Source of the DNA: a virus | Taxonomy: Duplodnaviria > Heunggongvirae > Uroviricota > Caudoviricetes | Direction: 5' to 3' (one strand) | Length of the DNA stretch: 64,000 bases | Virus record (IMG/VR): IMGVR_UViG_3300042549_004104 | Coordinates: 1 to 64,000 of that record | In this document: positions 34,834 through 45,022 of the stretch, one piece after another | Layout: every line of letters begins with the position of its first letter | How positions within the stretch are numbered: the first letter of the stretch is position 1 | Program-made: the position numbers and the translations under genes | Notes under the pieces: model-generated | Seen by the model: only the letters and a program-made list of their open reading frames with translations | Told to the model about the DNA's origin: nothing | Databases searched by the model: none

Positions 34834-37151
34834 AATACACAACTCTCACAATATTCTTCATCTTCAATGATATCTTGCTTTACAAAAGGAATAATGTTAT
34901 CTTCTTGTAATGCTGCCTTACTACCTACTTTGTTAATTAAACTATAATAGATAGTTTTGATGCCCCATTTATATGCAAGCATTAAATTCTTAGCAATCAA
35001 TGTTCCGGGTACTTTACCTTCAGCAAAGTATGCGGGATTGTAGAATGTATTAGTACTTAAACTTTGGTCAATATATACTGCTAACACTGCTGATGTTTTC
35101 AAATACTCTACACAATCCTTTTGATCCCACATCAATTGATAGCGATTCTTTAAACGTTTGTACTCTGGCACGACTTGTACAAACGAACCAGCCTTTGATT
35201 CCTTCACAGAAATCAATTCCATCGGCATTTCAATTCCGTTGGTGGAGTTTAACACAACTGAGCTGGATTCGACCGGTGCCACGGCCATTAAAGTTGCATT
35301 GCGAATGCCATACTTCAATAATTTTTCACGTAGACTTTCCCAATCCATACTAGGACTAAAGTCTGTCAATTCATTAACACCTTCACTTCTACGTTCCCAG
35401 GGAAATACACCCTGACCATAAAATGTGTGTTGACTACGTTGACACGCACCACGTTCTTGTGCTAGTTCTACGCTTGTTTCTGTTAGATAGTATGCTTGAT
35501 GTTCCATCCAACGCTTTACTTCTGCTAATGCTTCTGGCTCGCCGTATTTAAAACTACGCTTTGCATGCCAGTAAGCTAAATTGGTAATCCCTACACCAAG
35601 AGGTTCGAAATCTAAGTTAGCTAACTTACTCTGTATACTGAGGAAGTCTTGATAGCTAAGGAGATTACTTAAACTTCTGACTAATACCCTACATGCCTTA
35701 CGCATTTCTTGGGGCGTCTTAAACGCACCCCAGTTCACACTGCCTAATGTACATAGTGCAATGCGCCCTGCCTCGTCTTCAATACGTTGAAAAGGTTTAG
35801 TAGGTAATAGTATTTCTTGGCAAAGGTTACTCTGATAAATCGGATCTAGTTTAGTATCAAACGGACCCTGATTAATTACGTTATCAATGAATACTAGATA
35901 GATACGACCTGTATCAGTACGTTCTTTTAGTATTCCATTTTTAAATATTTCAACTGCTGGCAAAGTTTTCTTTTTAATGCCACGCTTACTTTCATACATT
36001 GTATAAAGTTTTTCAAATTCTTCACTATCTCTATAGTATGCTTCATACAAATCCGGTACATCATGTGGATCAAACAATGTGATATTTTCATTTTTAGCGA
36101 AACGATTAAAAAACATCTTGTTAACTACAACACTGTAATCCATTTGACGCACACGTGTTTCTTCTGTACCTTGGTTGTTCTTTAACACAATCAAATCTTC
36201 AAACTGATAGTGCCATACTGGGAATGTAACTGTGCAACTTGCATTACGTACACCACCTTGACTACAACTACGTAGATCACCAAACCATTTCTTTAAGAAA
36301 GGAATCATACCAGTATGTTTAATTTCACCGTTACGAATAGGTGCACCCAGTGGACGAATGCGACCAATCTCTAATCCAATGCCAGCACGTTTGCTAGCAT
36401 ACTTTGCCATCATTTCGCCGGCGGCAAAAATACTGTCCAATGTATCATCACTAGAAATAAGTACACAGCTAGAAAACTGCTTAGTAGTAGTGCCAAGACC
36501 AGCGAGAACAGGGGTAGCAAGAGTAAAATGACCATCACTTGCACATTCGTAATATTCTTTGACATATTTTAATCTCTTATCTTTATGTTCATTATGAAAT
36601 GCAGTGGCGGCTGCAATAGCATATCTTACTTGAGGACTTTCAAAGATTTGACCAGTAGCACGGTTCTGTACTAAGTACTTTTCTGCAAGTTGAGCGATAG
36701 CCGCATAGGTATAATTTTCGTCCTTGCTATGGTCTAAAAACAAATCAATAATATCCCATTCTTCTTTTGTATACCAATCTAACAACTCAGATGTATACAT
36801 TCCTAACTCTACATTCTTTTTAACAATATCATATAACGGTGGAGGATTATAAGTTCCATAAACTTCTTTACGTAACATAGATACCTTTTGTCTTCCTGCT
36901 ACATATTGATAGTTTACATTATTAATGTCTGGGTTTTCTGTTTCGTCAATCAAATTGACCATAGCCTTAAGCAACAATTCATCAATTGTTTCTGTGCTTA
37001 TTCCATCGTGTAATTCAATTTGTGCTTTAATTTCAATCATACTCGGGCTTACATTATCTATACCCTTACAATCATACGCTACTTGTCTTTGTATCTTTGA
37101 AATATCTAGCGGGACTGTTTCCCCGTTTCTTTTAATTACATTTATATTCAT
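34830..37151 (-). CDS. nrdA: ribonucleotide reductase class Ia alpha subunit
   Basis: ATP cone (VIKRNG), FSSC, CSQGGVR, SNLCQE, LCTL, IYY, C-terminal CESC. Confidence 0.98.
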   Translation of the reverse strand: MNINVIKRNGETVPLDISKIQRQVAYDCKGIDNVSPSMIEIKAQIELHDGISTETIDELLLKAMVNLIDETENPDINNVNYQYVAGRQKVSMLRKEVYGTYNPPPLYDIVKKNVELGMYTSELLDWYTKEEWDIIDLFLDHSKDENYTYAAIAQLAEKYLVQNRATGQIFESPQVRYAIAAATAFHNEHKDKRLKYVKEYYECASDGHFTLATPVLAGLGTTTKQFSSCVLISSDDTLDSIFAAGEMMAKYASKRAGIGLEIGRIRPLGAPIRNGEIKHTGMIPFLKKWFGDLRSCSQGGVRNASCTVTFPVWHYQFEDLIVLKNNQGTEETRVRQMDYSVVVNKMFFNRFAKNENITLFDPHDVPDLYEAYYRDSEEFEKLYTMYESKRGIKKKTLPAVEIFKNGILKERTDTGRIYLVFIDNVINQGPFDTKLDPIYQSNLCQEILLPTKPFQRIEDEAGRIALCTLGSVNWGAFKTPQEMRKACRVLVRSLSNLLSYQDFLSIQSKLANLDFEPLGVGITNLAYWHAKRSFKYGEPEALAEVKRWMEHQAYYLTETSVELAQERGACQRSQHTFYGQGVFPWERRSEGVNELTDFSPSMDWESLREKLLKYGIRNATLMAVAPVESSSVVLNSTNGIEMPMELISVKESKAGSFVQVVPEYKRLKNRYQLMWDQKDCVEYLKTSAVLAVYIDQSLSTNTFYNPAYFAEGKVPGTLIAKNLMLAYKWGIKTIYYSLINKVGSKAALQEDNIIPFVKQDIIEDEEYCESCVL

Positions 37152-37161
37152 TCTGCACCTG

Positions 37162-37599
37162 TTATAGTTTTTGTTGGATGTGTGAAATGTCCACCTGACG
37201 TTTGATTGTAAAATCTTTTGAACAGTTATTTACTACCGTATTGGGCCAGTAATTAAGTACATATTTTGCGCTATCGACCAGGACTAGTAAAACATCCTCC
37301 CCGTGCATATCTGTCGCTTCTACCATTTTTATATCATTTACTCCTACTAGTAGCAAAGTATAACACATTCCTAATGCCTTTGCAATAGTACAATAGGTAT
37401 TTTCGGCTAAAAGTTCCCAGGGGTCAGGCCAGATTTTTGTGTCCAAAATATGCAAATGATGATTGACTAATGGCGCTTGTTGCCAAAACTCATCAATAAA
37501 GACACATTTTTCTTTTGTATCTAGCTCAGTTATTTTTGTTCTTAATTCGTACCAGCTTCTTAATCTAGCATCATAGTTTAATTGAAATACGTTAATCAC
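37162..37599 (-). CDS. conserved hypothetical phage protein
   Basis: 145-aa ORF, GTG start just after ATAAGTA; WPDPWELL...C..AKALG. Confidence 0.7.
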   Translation of the reverse strand: MINVFQLNYDARLRSWYELRTKITELDTKEKCVFIDEFWQQAPLVNHHLHILDTKIWPDPWELLAENTYCTIAKALGMCYTLLLVGVNDIKMVEATDMHGEDVLLVLVDSAKYVLNYWPNTVVNNCSKDFTIKRQVDISHIQQKL

Positions 37600-37643
37600 G
37601 TACTACTTATCACAAATAAAATTGTTTAGTGATTTTCGTAAAA

Positions 37644-40600
37644 TTATTTAGTTATAAGCGCACTGGTTGGTGGTGTAAAGTTTGCTGTATATCGTGCGTA
37701 TCCTTTAGTAAAGCGTAAATCGTCTATATAAGCATTAATATATCTACCACCTTCACCTGAGTAAAAATTAGCACCAATATATAATCCGTCCATGCTTGCC
37801 GCAGTACCGCCGTCTAATGCCGCACTTGACGTAGCAGTTGCTTCTATAGTACCATTTACAAACATTCTCCATGTACTACCGGAACGTGTTATAGTTAAAT
37901 ACACCCATGCGCCATTTGTTACATTGGATGTACTAGCCAATAATGGCTGGGTTACAATATTGTTTACCCAAAAACTATACTTACCTGCGGCTGAAGAATG
38001 GGGTGCGTGAAATGCCCACTTATTAGTTGTCCATGTTGTACCATAATTACCCATAATATTAGGATTCCATGCTGCATTTTGTGAAACTGGATAGTACCAG
38101 AATTCTATAGTAAAATCACCAGAACCCATAGCATAATTTAAGTTTGGTGGTGCATATAGATAATCACCAGTACCATCAAAATACATACTAGCATTATTAT
38201 ACTTCTTAACACTTGTACTCAATTGTGCATTACCCAAAGTCTCTAACACATTACTAGAATGTTGGTCAATAATGCCACCGTTATTAAAGTTTAATAATAA
38301 ACTTGCCGGAGCAGTAGTTAAACTTGTTAGTGCTTGTGTGGGTGGTACAAAGTTACTGGTGTATACTGCTGTACCTTTGACTACACGAAGGTCGCTCATA
38401 TAACCCTGCCAATCATAAGACCCACTTAAACTCCATTCACTACCGATCCTAAATAGTGCAGTGGTAGAATAATTATTTGTGTCAGCAAAACTACCAGCAG
38501 AAATGCCGTTTATATACAAAGTTGTGGTTGAATTATTTTTAACAAGCGCCCAATGAACCCATGCATTTGAAATGACTACTCCTGCTGTCAATGCAACGCC
38601 ACTATTAATATAAACAATATATGACCCGCTACTTACATATATTGCAGGGAAAAGTCCATTACCTGATACTCGTTGGTCAAATAAATACTTGGTTACACTG
38701 GCAGCGGCAGTTAAATAATGCCATCCTTCTACTGTAAAATTTGATGTACCATAAGTAAAGACAGCATTTGAGGCTGTAGTTAAATAGTCACCAGTACCAT
38801 CCAAATACACACTACCACCATGTAAACTTGGGGTATAACTTGTTGTACTCTGTGCGGTGTATCCAAATGGGTTGAATATTCTTGGTATTGTATTACCGGT
38901 TGCAGTAATAGTGAATGCATTTGTTGAGTTATCAATCATTCTTGTTGATTGACATGTTAGTAAACTTGTGTTTGCTATTGCTGTTAGTGGTGTAGTGCTT
39001 GGTGTGAACGTAGTAGTATAAAGTCCTGTGCCTTTAAGAATCCTTAAATTGCTACAGTACCCAGCTTGGGAAGTAGAACCACCGGAATCATCTGTAAACA
39101 CTCTGACTTTGGTGCTAGTATAATTATTTCCATCAGTATATGATGATCCAACCTGTGAACCATTAACAAATAAACGAGTAGTACCTGAATTTCTAGAAAG
39201 TGCAATATGATACCAAACATTAGTTGATAGGGTTGAGCCAACTATTGTCGCTCCGCCGTTTGTGTAATATGTTAGTACACCACTGTTCATGAATAGCGTA
39301 GGTCTAACTGACGGGTGAGTACCTCCTCGTTGGTCAATCAAGTTGGGAGTACCACCTATCGCAGTTAAGTACGCCCAAAATTCTATTGTAAAATCGCCGG
39401 TGCCGTATGTGAATGCTGAACTAGTAGCACTGTCAAGATAATCACCAGTACCATCAAAGTAAACACTATAACTAATAGGCGTTGCTTCAGGTACACTACC
39501 GAATGGATCTAAGGCTTGAACTGAAACATCACCGTTTCTAGTTAATGTAAAATTGTTTATTGAGTTATCAATTAATCTATTACTCTGGCATGTCAATAAA
39601 CTTGTGTTTGCTATTGCTGTTAGTGGAGTTGTACTTGGTGTGAATGTAGAAGTATATAATGCAGTACCTTTTAATATACGTAAGTTACTAATATATCCAC
39701 TCACATCATATGTAGATAAATTAGACCAACCACCAATTATTGGACTCGAAGATACTGTCCAGTTTTCGGCATCCGTAGCAGTTGTTACTACTGATCCGTT
39801 AACAAAGAGATAAGCACTATTAGCAGAAGTACTAGTTCTAGATGCTGCTATATGATACCAGGTATTTAAATTAATTAAACCTGCATTGCTTTGAAATATG
39901 TTTCCTGTACCATATTTATTTACTTGTAATCTACCGGTCGGCAGCACAGCAAAACCAAAACCGCCGGCACTACTAGCAGATCCAAATATATTTGATTCAA
40001 ATGAATCATATGCTGTTAGATAGATCCAGGCTTCAACTGTATACTCACCTGTACCGAAAGCAAACGCACTGTTACTTGGTACTGTCAAATAGTCCCCAGT
40101 ACCATCAAAGTAATTACTCCAACCAGTAACACTATAAGGACTAAATGTACCCTGACTTGTATTACCATTTCTTGTGATAATGTTATTGAAATTAGATTGG
40201 TCTAAAAATACATTATTATTTATTGGTTGGTTGTATTGTAATGTTAATAAACTTGTGTTTGTTATTGCTGTTAGTGGACTTGTTGGTGGGGTGAATGCGG
40301 TTGTATAGACTGCGGTGCCTTTAACAACACGAAGATTAGATATATAACCATTTAGTTGTTGTCCACTTATAGCGCCAGAAATATAGATTGGCCAGGAACT
40401 TCCATTATCCAGTGCAACACTACTAGTTACTGTTGCTTCAGAATTACCGTTTACAAATAATCTCCAGGTGTTACCTGATCTAGTTACAGCAACATGATGC
40501 CACATATTAATAGTTGCTGTTGTAGTACTAGTCAACATTGGGCTTGGTGATGAATAATTATTAACCCAAAAAGTAAATTTTTCATTAGCAGAAACATGGT

Positions 40601-42791
40601 CAGTATGCAATGACCAGTTATTGGTAGACCAAGATCCTGTCCAATTTAAGCAAAGACATCCGTCTGCGTTTGTATGAGCTATAATGTATACCCAAGATTC
40701 AATTGTAAAATCTCCGGATCCTAAACCCAAACTAGAAGATGAGGGAGTTAATAAATAATCCCCAGTACCATCAAAGTATGTACTACCATAAGTACTGTAA
40801 CTACTGTTTTGAGTGAATGGTATTGCTGGTGATACTGCTACATCACCAACTTTAGTAATTGTAAAATTGTTAGTTGAGTTATCAATTAATCTATTTGATT
40901 GACATATTAGTAGACTTGTATTTGCTATTGCTGTTAGTGGAGTTGTGCTTGGGGTAAATGTCGTTCCTGTATATAAAGCAGTACCTTTTAATATTCTTGC
41001 ATTACTAATGTATCCTGGAAAAAAGTAGTCGTACCCCACAGCGTATACCAAACCACCAAGTTTTAATATTTGTCCATTAGTGTTAATTGCATTGGTAAAG
41101 CTAGTGTTTTGTGCTACTCTAATACCGTCTAAATATAAATTAGCAGTCGTGCCGGTTCTAGTAAAAGCATAATGATGCCATACATTTTTAGTAACAGTTC
41201 CTGTATATGATACAACTTGATTGGTGCCATTTACCCTTGCTGCAAATGACAAGCCTGTTCCACCGGAACTTGAATTACCATCAATACCGCCGCCATACGT
41301 GGTTGCTGAGGCCAGTGATCCCGAAGCTATAAATGAGTTGAATAACGCTGCATTTCTATTGGTTTCGGGGTCTTGTGCAGGATCGGCCGTCATCAAGAAC
41401 CAGCATTCTATAGTTACGTCACCTGTACCAAAATCAAAGGCACTATTATTTGGTATAGTTAAATAATCACCGGTACCATCAAAGAAATTGCTGTAATATC
41501 CCGGTGTATATGGATTAAAATTATTAGGTTTAGTATCACCATTAATAGTTAAAGCAAAACTATTTGTACTACTATCACTAATGAATGGTAATGCAGTTGT
41601 TTCACCGTTCAATAATAATGTTACATTTTTAAAGTAAGTATCATTTGCAACACTAATTACCCAATTGATTGTTCTTGTTGCTGTTCTATTTGATAGTGCA
41701 GATGTTGCTGTTAATAAAGTTGTTGTATTGGCTGCATCTGTAGCAGTGCCAGAAATAACAGAACCACTAACAGATACTCCGGTTGGTAATGTATTAGCAG
41801 TATATGTAATACTTTGTCCTCCGGCACTAGAGGCACTTAAACTAACATTAGAAATTGCGCTATTAGTAAACGATTCGTATGTTGTATTATTAGCTGGACT
41901 ACTCCAAGTAACAACATCTTGCTGTACATCAAAATATACTGTTCGTGTCGCTGTTCTTCCAGCAACATTTCCAGTTGCAGTTAAAGTAACAGATGTATTT
42001 GCTACAGTATTACTTGAACCACTGATTGTGTTACCGGTAAGTGAGAGTCCGGCTGGTAATCCACTTTGACTGAAAGATACGCTAGTATTTGATTCAGTAT
42101 TAGCTGATAATGAAACGTTACTTATGTTTGCATATTCATAACTTGTGGTAACAGATGCATTTGCTGGATTAATCCAAGTAACAGTATCGGGATTAATTGT
42201 TAAACTAAATGAACGGTTAGTATCTTGTTGTTCGTTATCAGTTGCTTTAATTACAAAACTATATGTAGTTGGTGATCCTGCTGCCGGAGCTGTTCCACTA
42301 ATTAATCCGGTACTACCGTTTATATTACTTCCTGTAGGTAAATTACCAGAGTATAAACTATATGTAATTGGTACATCACCAGTTGCTACTACAGTTGTAT
42401 TAACGTTACTTACTTCATATATATTACCTAAACTACCTGCACCTGTACTCCAATTTGGCAATCCACTATAACTTATACCTGGAATAACAATTGCTGTTCC
42501 ACCGTCACTATTAATAACATAAATTACATATGTGCCTGCACTACTTGCCGGAGCAGTAAAAGTTAATGTTGTACCACTGACTACTGTGACTACCCCAGCA
42601 GATGTACCGTTAATAATTACTGTTGCACCTGCTACAAATCCAGTGCCTGTTAATGTAATAGTATCACCACCTGCTGGATTGGCTGCTGTGTCATCACCTG
42701 GATAAGCAATTGTTGAAACTTTTGGAACAGCACTTCCCAATACTTCTAATGTTGTTGGTGATATATTATCTGTTGTAATTTGTGTTGTCAT
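37644..42791 (-). CDS. virion protein with IPT/Ig-like and six LamG (concanavalin A-like) domains
   Basis: Six (F/Y)(F/L)DGTGDYL...FTIE.W...WxH.A..R...GYISNLR units; N-terminal GGDTITLTGTGF and LPxGL repeats. Confidence 0.85.
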   Translation of the reverse strand: MTTQITTDNISPTTLEVLGSAVPKVSTIAYPGDDTAANPAGGDTITLTGTGFVAGATVIINGTSAGVVTVVSGTTLTFTAPASSAGTYVIYVINSDGGTAIVIPGISYSGLPNWSTGAGSLGNIYEVSNVNTTVVATGDVPITYSLYSGNLPTGSNINGSTGLISGTAPAAGSPTTYSFVIKATDNEQQDTNRSFSLTINPDTVTWINPANASVTTSYEYANISNVSLSANTESNTSVSFSQSGLPAGLSLTGNTISGSSNTVANTSVTLTATGNVAGRTATRTVYFDVQQDVVTWSSPANNTTYESFTNSAISNVSLSASSAGGQSITYTANTLPTGVSVSGSVISGTATDAANTTTLLTATSALSNRTATRTINWVISVANDTYFKNVTLLLNGETTALPFISDSSTNSFALTINGDTKPNNFNPYTPGYYSNFFDGTGDYLTIPNNSAFDFGTGDVTIECWFLMTADPAQDPETNRNAALFNSFIASGSLASATTYGGGIDGNSSSGGTGLSFAARVNGTNQVVSYTGTVTKNVWHHYAFTRTGTTANLYLDGIRVAQNTSFTNAINTNGQILKLGGLVYAVGYDYFFPGYISNARILKGTALYTGTTFTPSTTPLTAIANTSLLICQSNRLIDNSTNNFTITKVGDVAVSPAIPFTQNSSYSTYGSTYFDGTGDYLLTPSSSSLGLGSGDFTIESWVYIIAHTNADGCLCLNWTGSWSTNNWSLHTDHVSANEKFTFWVNNYSSPSPMLTSTTTATINMWHHVAVTRSGNTWRLFVNGNSEATVTSSVALDNGSSWPIYISGAISGQQLNGYISNLRVVKGTAVYTTAFTPPTSPLTAITNTSLLTLQYNQPINNNVFLDQSNFNNIITRNGNTSQGTFSPYSVTGWSNYFDGTGDYLTVPSNSAFAFGTGEYTVEAWIYLTAYDSFESNIFGSASSAGGFGFAVLPTGRLQVNKYGTGNIFQSNAGLINLNTWYHIAASRTSTSANSAYLFVNGSVVTTATDAENWTVSSSPIIGGWSNLSTYDVSGYISNLRILKGTALYTSTFTPSTTPLTAIANTSLLTCQSNRLIDNSINNFTLTRNGDVSVQALDPFGSVPEATPISYSVYFDGTGDYLDSATSSAFTYGTGDFTIEFWAYLTAIGGTPNLIDQRGGTHPSVRPTLFMNSGVLTYYTNGGATIVGSTLSTNVWYHIALSRNSGTTRLFVNGSQVGSSYTDGNNYTSTKVRVFTDDSGGSTSQAGYCSNLRILKGTGLYTTTFTPSTTPLTAIANTSLLTCQSTRMIDNSTNAFTITATGNTIPRIFNPFGYTAQSTTSYTPSLHGGSVYLDGTGDYLTTASNAVFTYGTSNFTVEGWHYLTAAASVTKYLFDQRVSGNGLFPAIYVSSGSYIVYINSGVALTAGVVISNAWVHWALVKNNSTTTLYINGISAGSFADTNNYSTTALFRIGSEWSLSGSYDWQGYMSDLRVVKGTAVYTSNFVPPTQALTSLTTAPASLLLNFNNGGIIDQHSSNVLETLGNAQLSTSVKKYNNASMYFDGTGDYLYAPPNLNYAMGSGDFTIEFWYYPVSQNAAWNPNIMGNYGTTWTTNKWAFHAPHSSAAGKYSFWVNNIVTQPLLASTSNVTNGAWVYLTITRSGSTWRMFVNGTIEATATSSAALDGGTAASMDGLYIGANFYSGEGGRYINAYIDDLRFTKGYARYTANFTPPTSALITK

Positions 42792-42819
42792 TTTATTTCT
42801 CTTAGAATGTTATACTATG

Positions 42820-43194
42820 TTATATGTTTTCTATTTTCTTTTTATTTTCCCAATAATCATCGGGAGCATACCAAGCACATAATGGATCATGTTGTGGGCC
42901 ATAAATATCATCAACAACTTCTCCATCAACATTTCTTAGTGCAAACACACAATAATAAACTGTATCATCTTCTAGTGCAGTCATCTTATGTATCAATTCT
43001 TTTTTGATTACAACGAATGTAGGTGCAACAAAATTCTTAGGTTCTTTACCTTCTACTTCTACACGAACACTACCTTTTGCTAGTAATGTAACGTGGTCAA
43101 AATAATGAACATGCCCTGGTGCACATTCATCTTTCTTTAACATGTTTTGTCTAACCCAAATATTACCAAAGTAACCAAGCTCAATATTTTCCAT
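42820..43194 (-). CDS. cupin-like protein
   Basis: GHVHYFDHVTLLAKG...H...ALED; paralog of 61216-61584. Confidence 0.7.
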   Translation of the reverse strand: MENIELGYFGNIWVRQNMLKKDECAPGHVHYFDHVTLLAKGSVRVEVEGKEPKNFVAPTFVVIKKELIHKMTALEDDTVYYCVFALRNVDGEVVDDIYGPQHDPLCAWYAPDDYWENKKKIENI

Positions 43195-43205
43195 TAAAAT
43201 CTTTC

Positions 43206-43598
43206 TTAAATTGTCTCAACAGGTGTGGCTAATTTTTCACCCAAATCTCTCCAACTGTTAGTATACCCGTCCCAAGCATGTCGTCTACCATCTTCTGGGT
43301 AGGGTATGGGTGCTTCCCATTTGTAGGTTGCGTTGTTTAGTACCCAATTTGAATAGGGTTTTGGTTCTAGAAACACATCTCTCAATGGTTCATATAAAAA
43401 CCCTACTCCAGCAAAATTACCACGAAAACTACTGTTGTATGATGTTTGCTTCCATACAGTATCTATGCCAAATATTGATTGACAAAATGAAATTCCCTTA
43501 GATTCAGATTCCGTTCCGTTATCTAGTAGTTCATTATTGTGTACCACAATCACTTGTATCACTGTATTGTTTTCGTCAAGTTGTGCAAAATGTGCCAT
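43206..43598 (-). CDS. tail-associated small protein (MAHFAQ family)
   Basis: MAHFAQ...QTSYN...R.N.AG.G..Y....D.F..PKPY..WVL; paralog of 54402-54758. Confidence 0.75.
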   Translation of the reverse strand: MAHFAQLDENNTVIQVIVVHNNELLDNGTESESKGISFCQSIFGIDTVWKQTSYNSSFRGNFAGVGFLYEPLRDVFLEPKPYSNWVLNNATYKWEAPIPYPEDGRRHAWDGYTNSWRDLGEKLATPVETI

Positions 43599-43612
43599 GT
43601 GTTTCCTATCTA

Positions 43613-45013
43613 TTAACTCGGTATAGTAAATGTACCAGTACCGGTAAATGTATAAATTCTAAATCCGGTGATTGATGTAACAGTGGGACTGCCTGTTGTG
43701 GTAGCGGCAGCGAATGTGTCGGGGTATTTGATAATGACCACACCAGATCCACCGTTGCCGCCTTGCGTGTTATTGCCGCCCCCACCTCCACCTCCACCTC
43801 CTGTATTAGCAGTGCCGGCTGTATTAATAGCACCACCACCGCCTGCACCCGGATAAGAAGTTCCATATGCGTTGCCGCCGCCGCCGCCGCGTGTTACTGA
43901 TGTACCTGTTATACTACTAGCAATTCCTGTACCGCCGGCCCTTGGTGGGCTACCAGTTGCGCCTTGTCCTGCAGCACCTGCACCACCGCCACCTGCTGAA
44001 AAAGTACTATCGTTGTTGGTTGCACCACCATCATACCCCTGTCTAGGTGCATCTATGTAGGTTGAACCTGGATAAACACCTTTACCACCAACGTTTTGTA
44101 CGTAACTGGCGCCACCGCCTGATCCTCCCGGGCCACCTTGAGCACCAGCAGTATTTTGGTCGTTATTACGACTGCCACCGCCACCGCCACCTATCCCAGT
44201 AATTGTGGTAAATCCTGATCCAGAGATTGAACTATTTGCACCAGTGCCGCCTCTATTGGTTTGAACGGTAGTTCCAACACCGCCGGTGCCTACAGTAATA
44301 GTATATGTTATACCAACTGATAAATCAGGAGTTGATTCAAGATACCCGCCGGCACCACCACCACCACCATAATATCCTGTTCCGCCTGACCCTCCTCCTC
44401 CAATTACCAAAGTAGTAGTAGGAACAATATTGGCCACCAGAATACTAAATGCTCTTGCTGTGGTTTGATTGTAAGTGTTGGTTGCTGTAATAGTAAAATT
44501 AAATGTGTTTGCTACTGTTGGGGTTCCTGAAATTAAACCTGAACTTGAATTTAAACTCAACCCAGTGGGTAATGCACCGGCCGTGACACTGTATGTTATT
44601 CCTGTACCGGTAGCACTTACAGAAGTTGAGTAAGCAGCATTGTTAACACCCGCAGTTAATGCACCAGCCGCTGTTACCCAAACTGGTGATTGATTAAAAA
44701 TTATTCCAGCTGGCTTTGTACCATTTGTTCCGTCTGTATTGTATAATATAATATTGTATGTACCTGCACTTGTTGCAGGGGTAGTGAATGTTAAACTTGT
44801 TGCACTTACATATGTGGTAGAACATGATGTAGTATTGATATATGCTGTAATGCCACTATTAAATCCACTACCAGTAACAGTAATTGTTTGTCCACCTGCT
44901 GGATCTGCCGCAGTAGTAATGCCAGGATATGCGACCGTTGTAATTTTTACTCCACCACCTAAACTGTCTAGTGTTGATGTTGCTATATTATCTGATGTGA
45001 TTTTTAGTGTCAT
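43613..45013 (-). CDS. IPT/Ig + glycine-rich domain virion protein
   Basis: N-terminus homologous to 37644-42791; LVIGGGG...NTGGGGGG...GGSGVVII Gly-rich domain. Confidence 0.8.
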   Translation of the reverse strand: MTLKITSDNIATSTLDSLGGGVKITTVAYPGITTAADPAGGQTITVTGSGFNSGITAYINTTSCSTTYVSATSLTFTTPATSAGTYNIILYNTDGTNGTKPAGIIFNQSPVWVTAAGALTAGVNNAAYSTSVSATGTGITYSVTAGALPTGLSLNSSSGLISGTPTVANTFNFTITATNTYNQTTARAFSILVANIVPTTTLVIGGGGSGGTGYYGGGGGAGGYLESTPDLSVGITYTITVGTGGVGTTVQTNRGGTGANSSISGSGFTTITGIGGGGGGSRNNDQNTAGAQGGPGGSGGGASYVQNVGGKGVYPGSTYIDAPRQGYDGGATNNDSTFSAGGGGAGAAGQGATGSPPRAGGTGIASSITGTSVTRGGGGGNAYGTSYPGAGGGGAINTAGTANTGGGGGGGGGNNTQGGNGGSGVVIIKYPDTFAAATTTGSPTVTSITGFRIYTFTGTGTFTIPS

Positions 45014-45022
45014 ATCTTTCTC

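Noticed and set aside
33721-37151. Intron or intein in nrdA/nrdB
   Set aside because: Both ORFs are uninterrupted and of normal class Ia length.
8519-37167. Short opposite-strand ORFs within the enzyme and nrd genes
   Set aside because: Fully nested in motif-bearing genes, with no independent signals.
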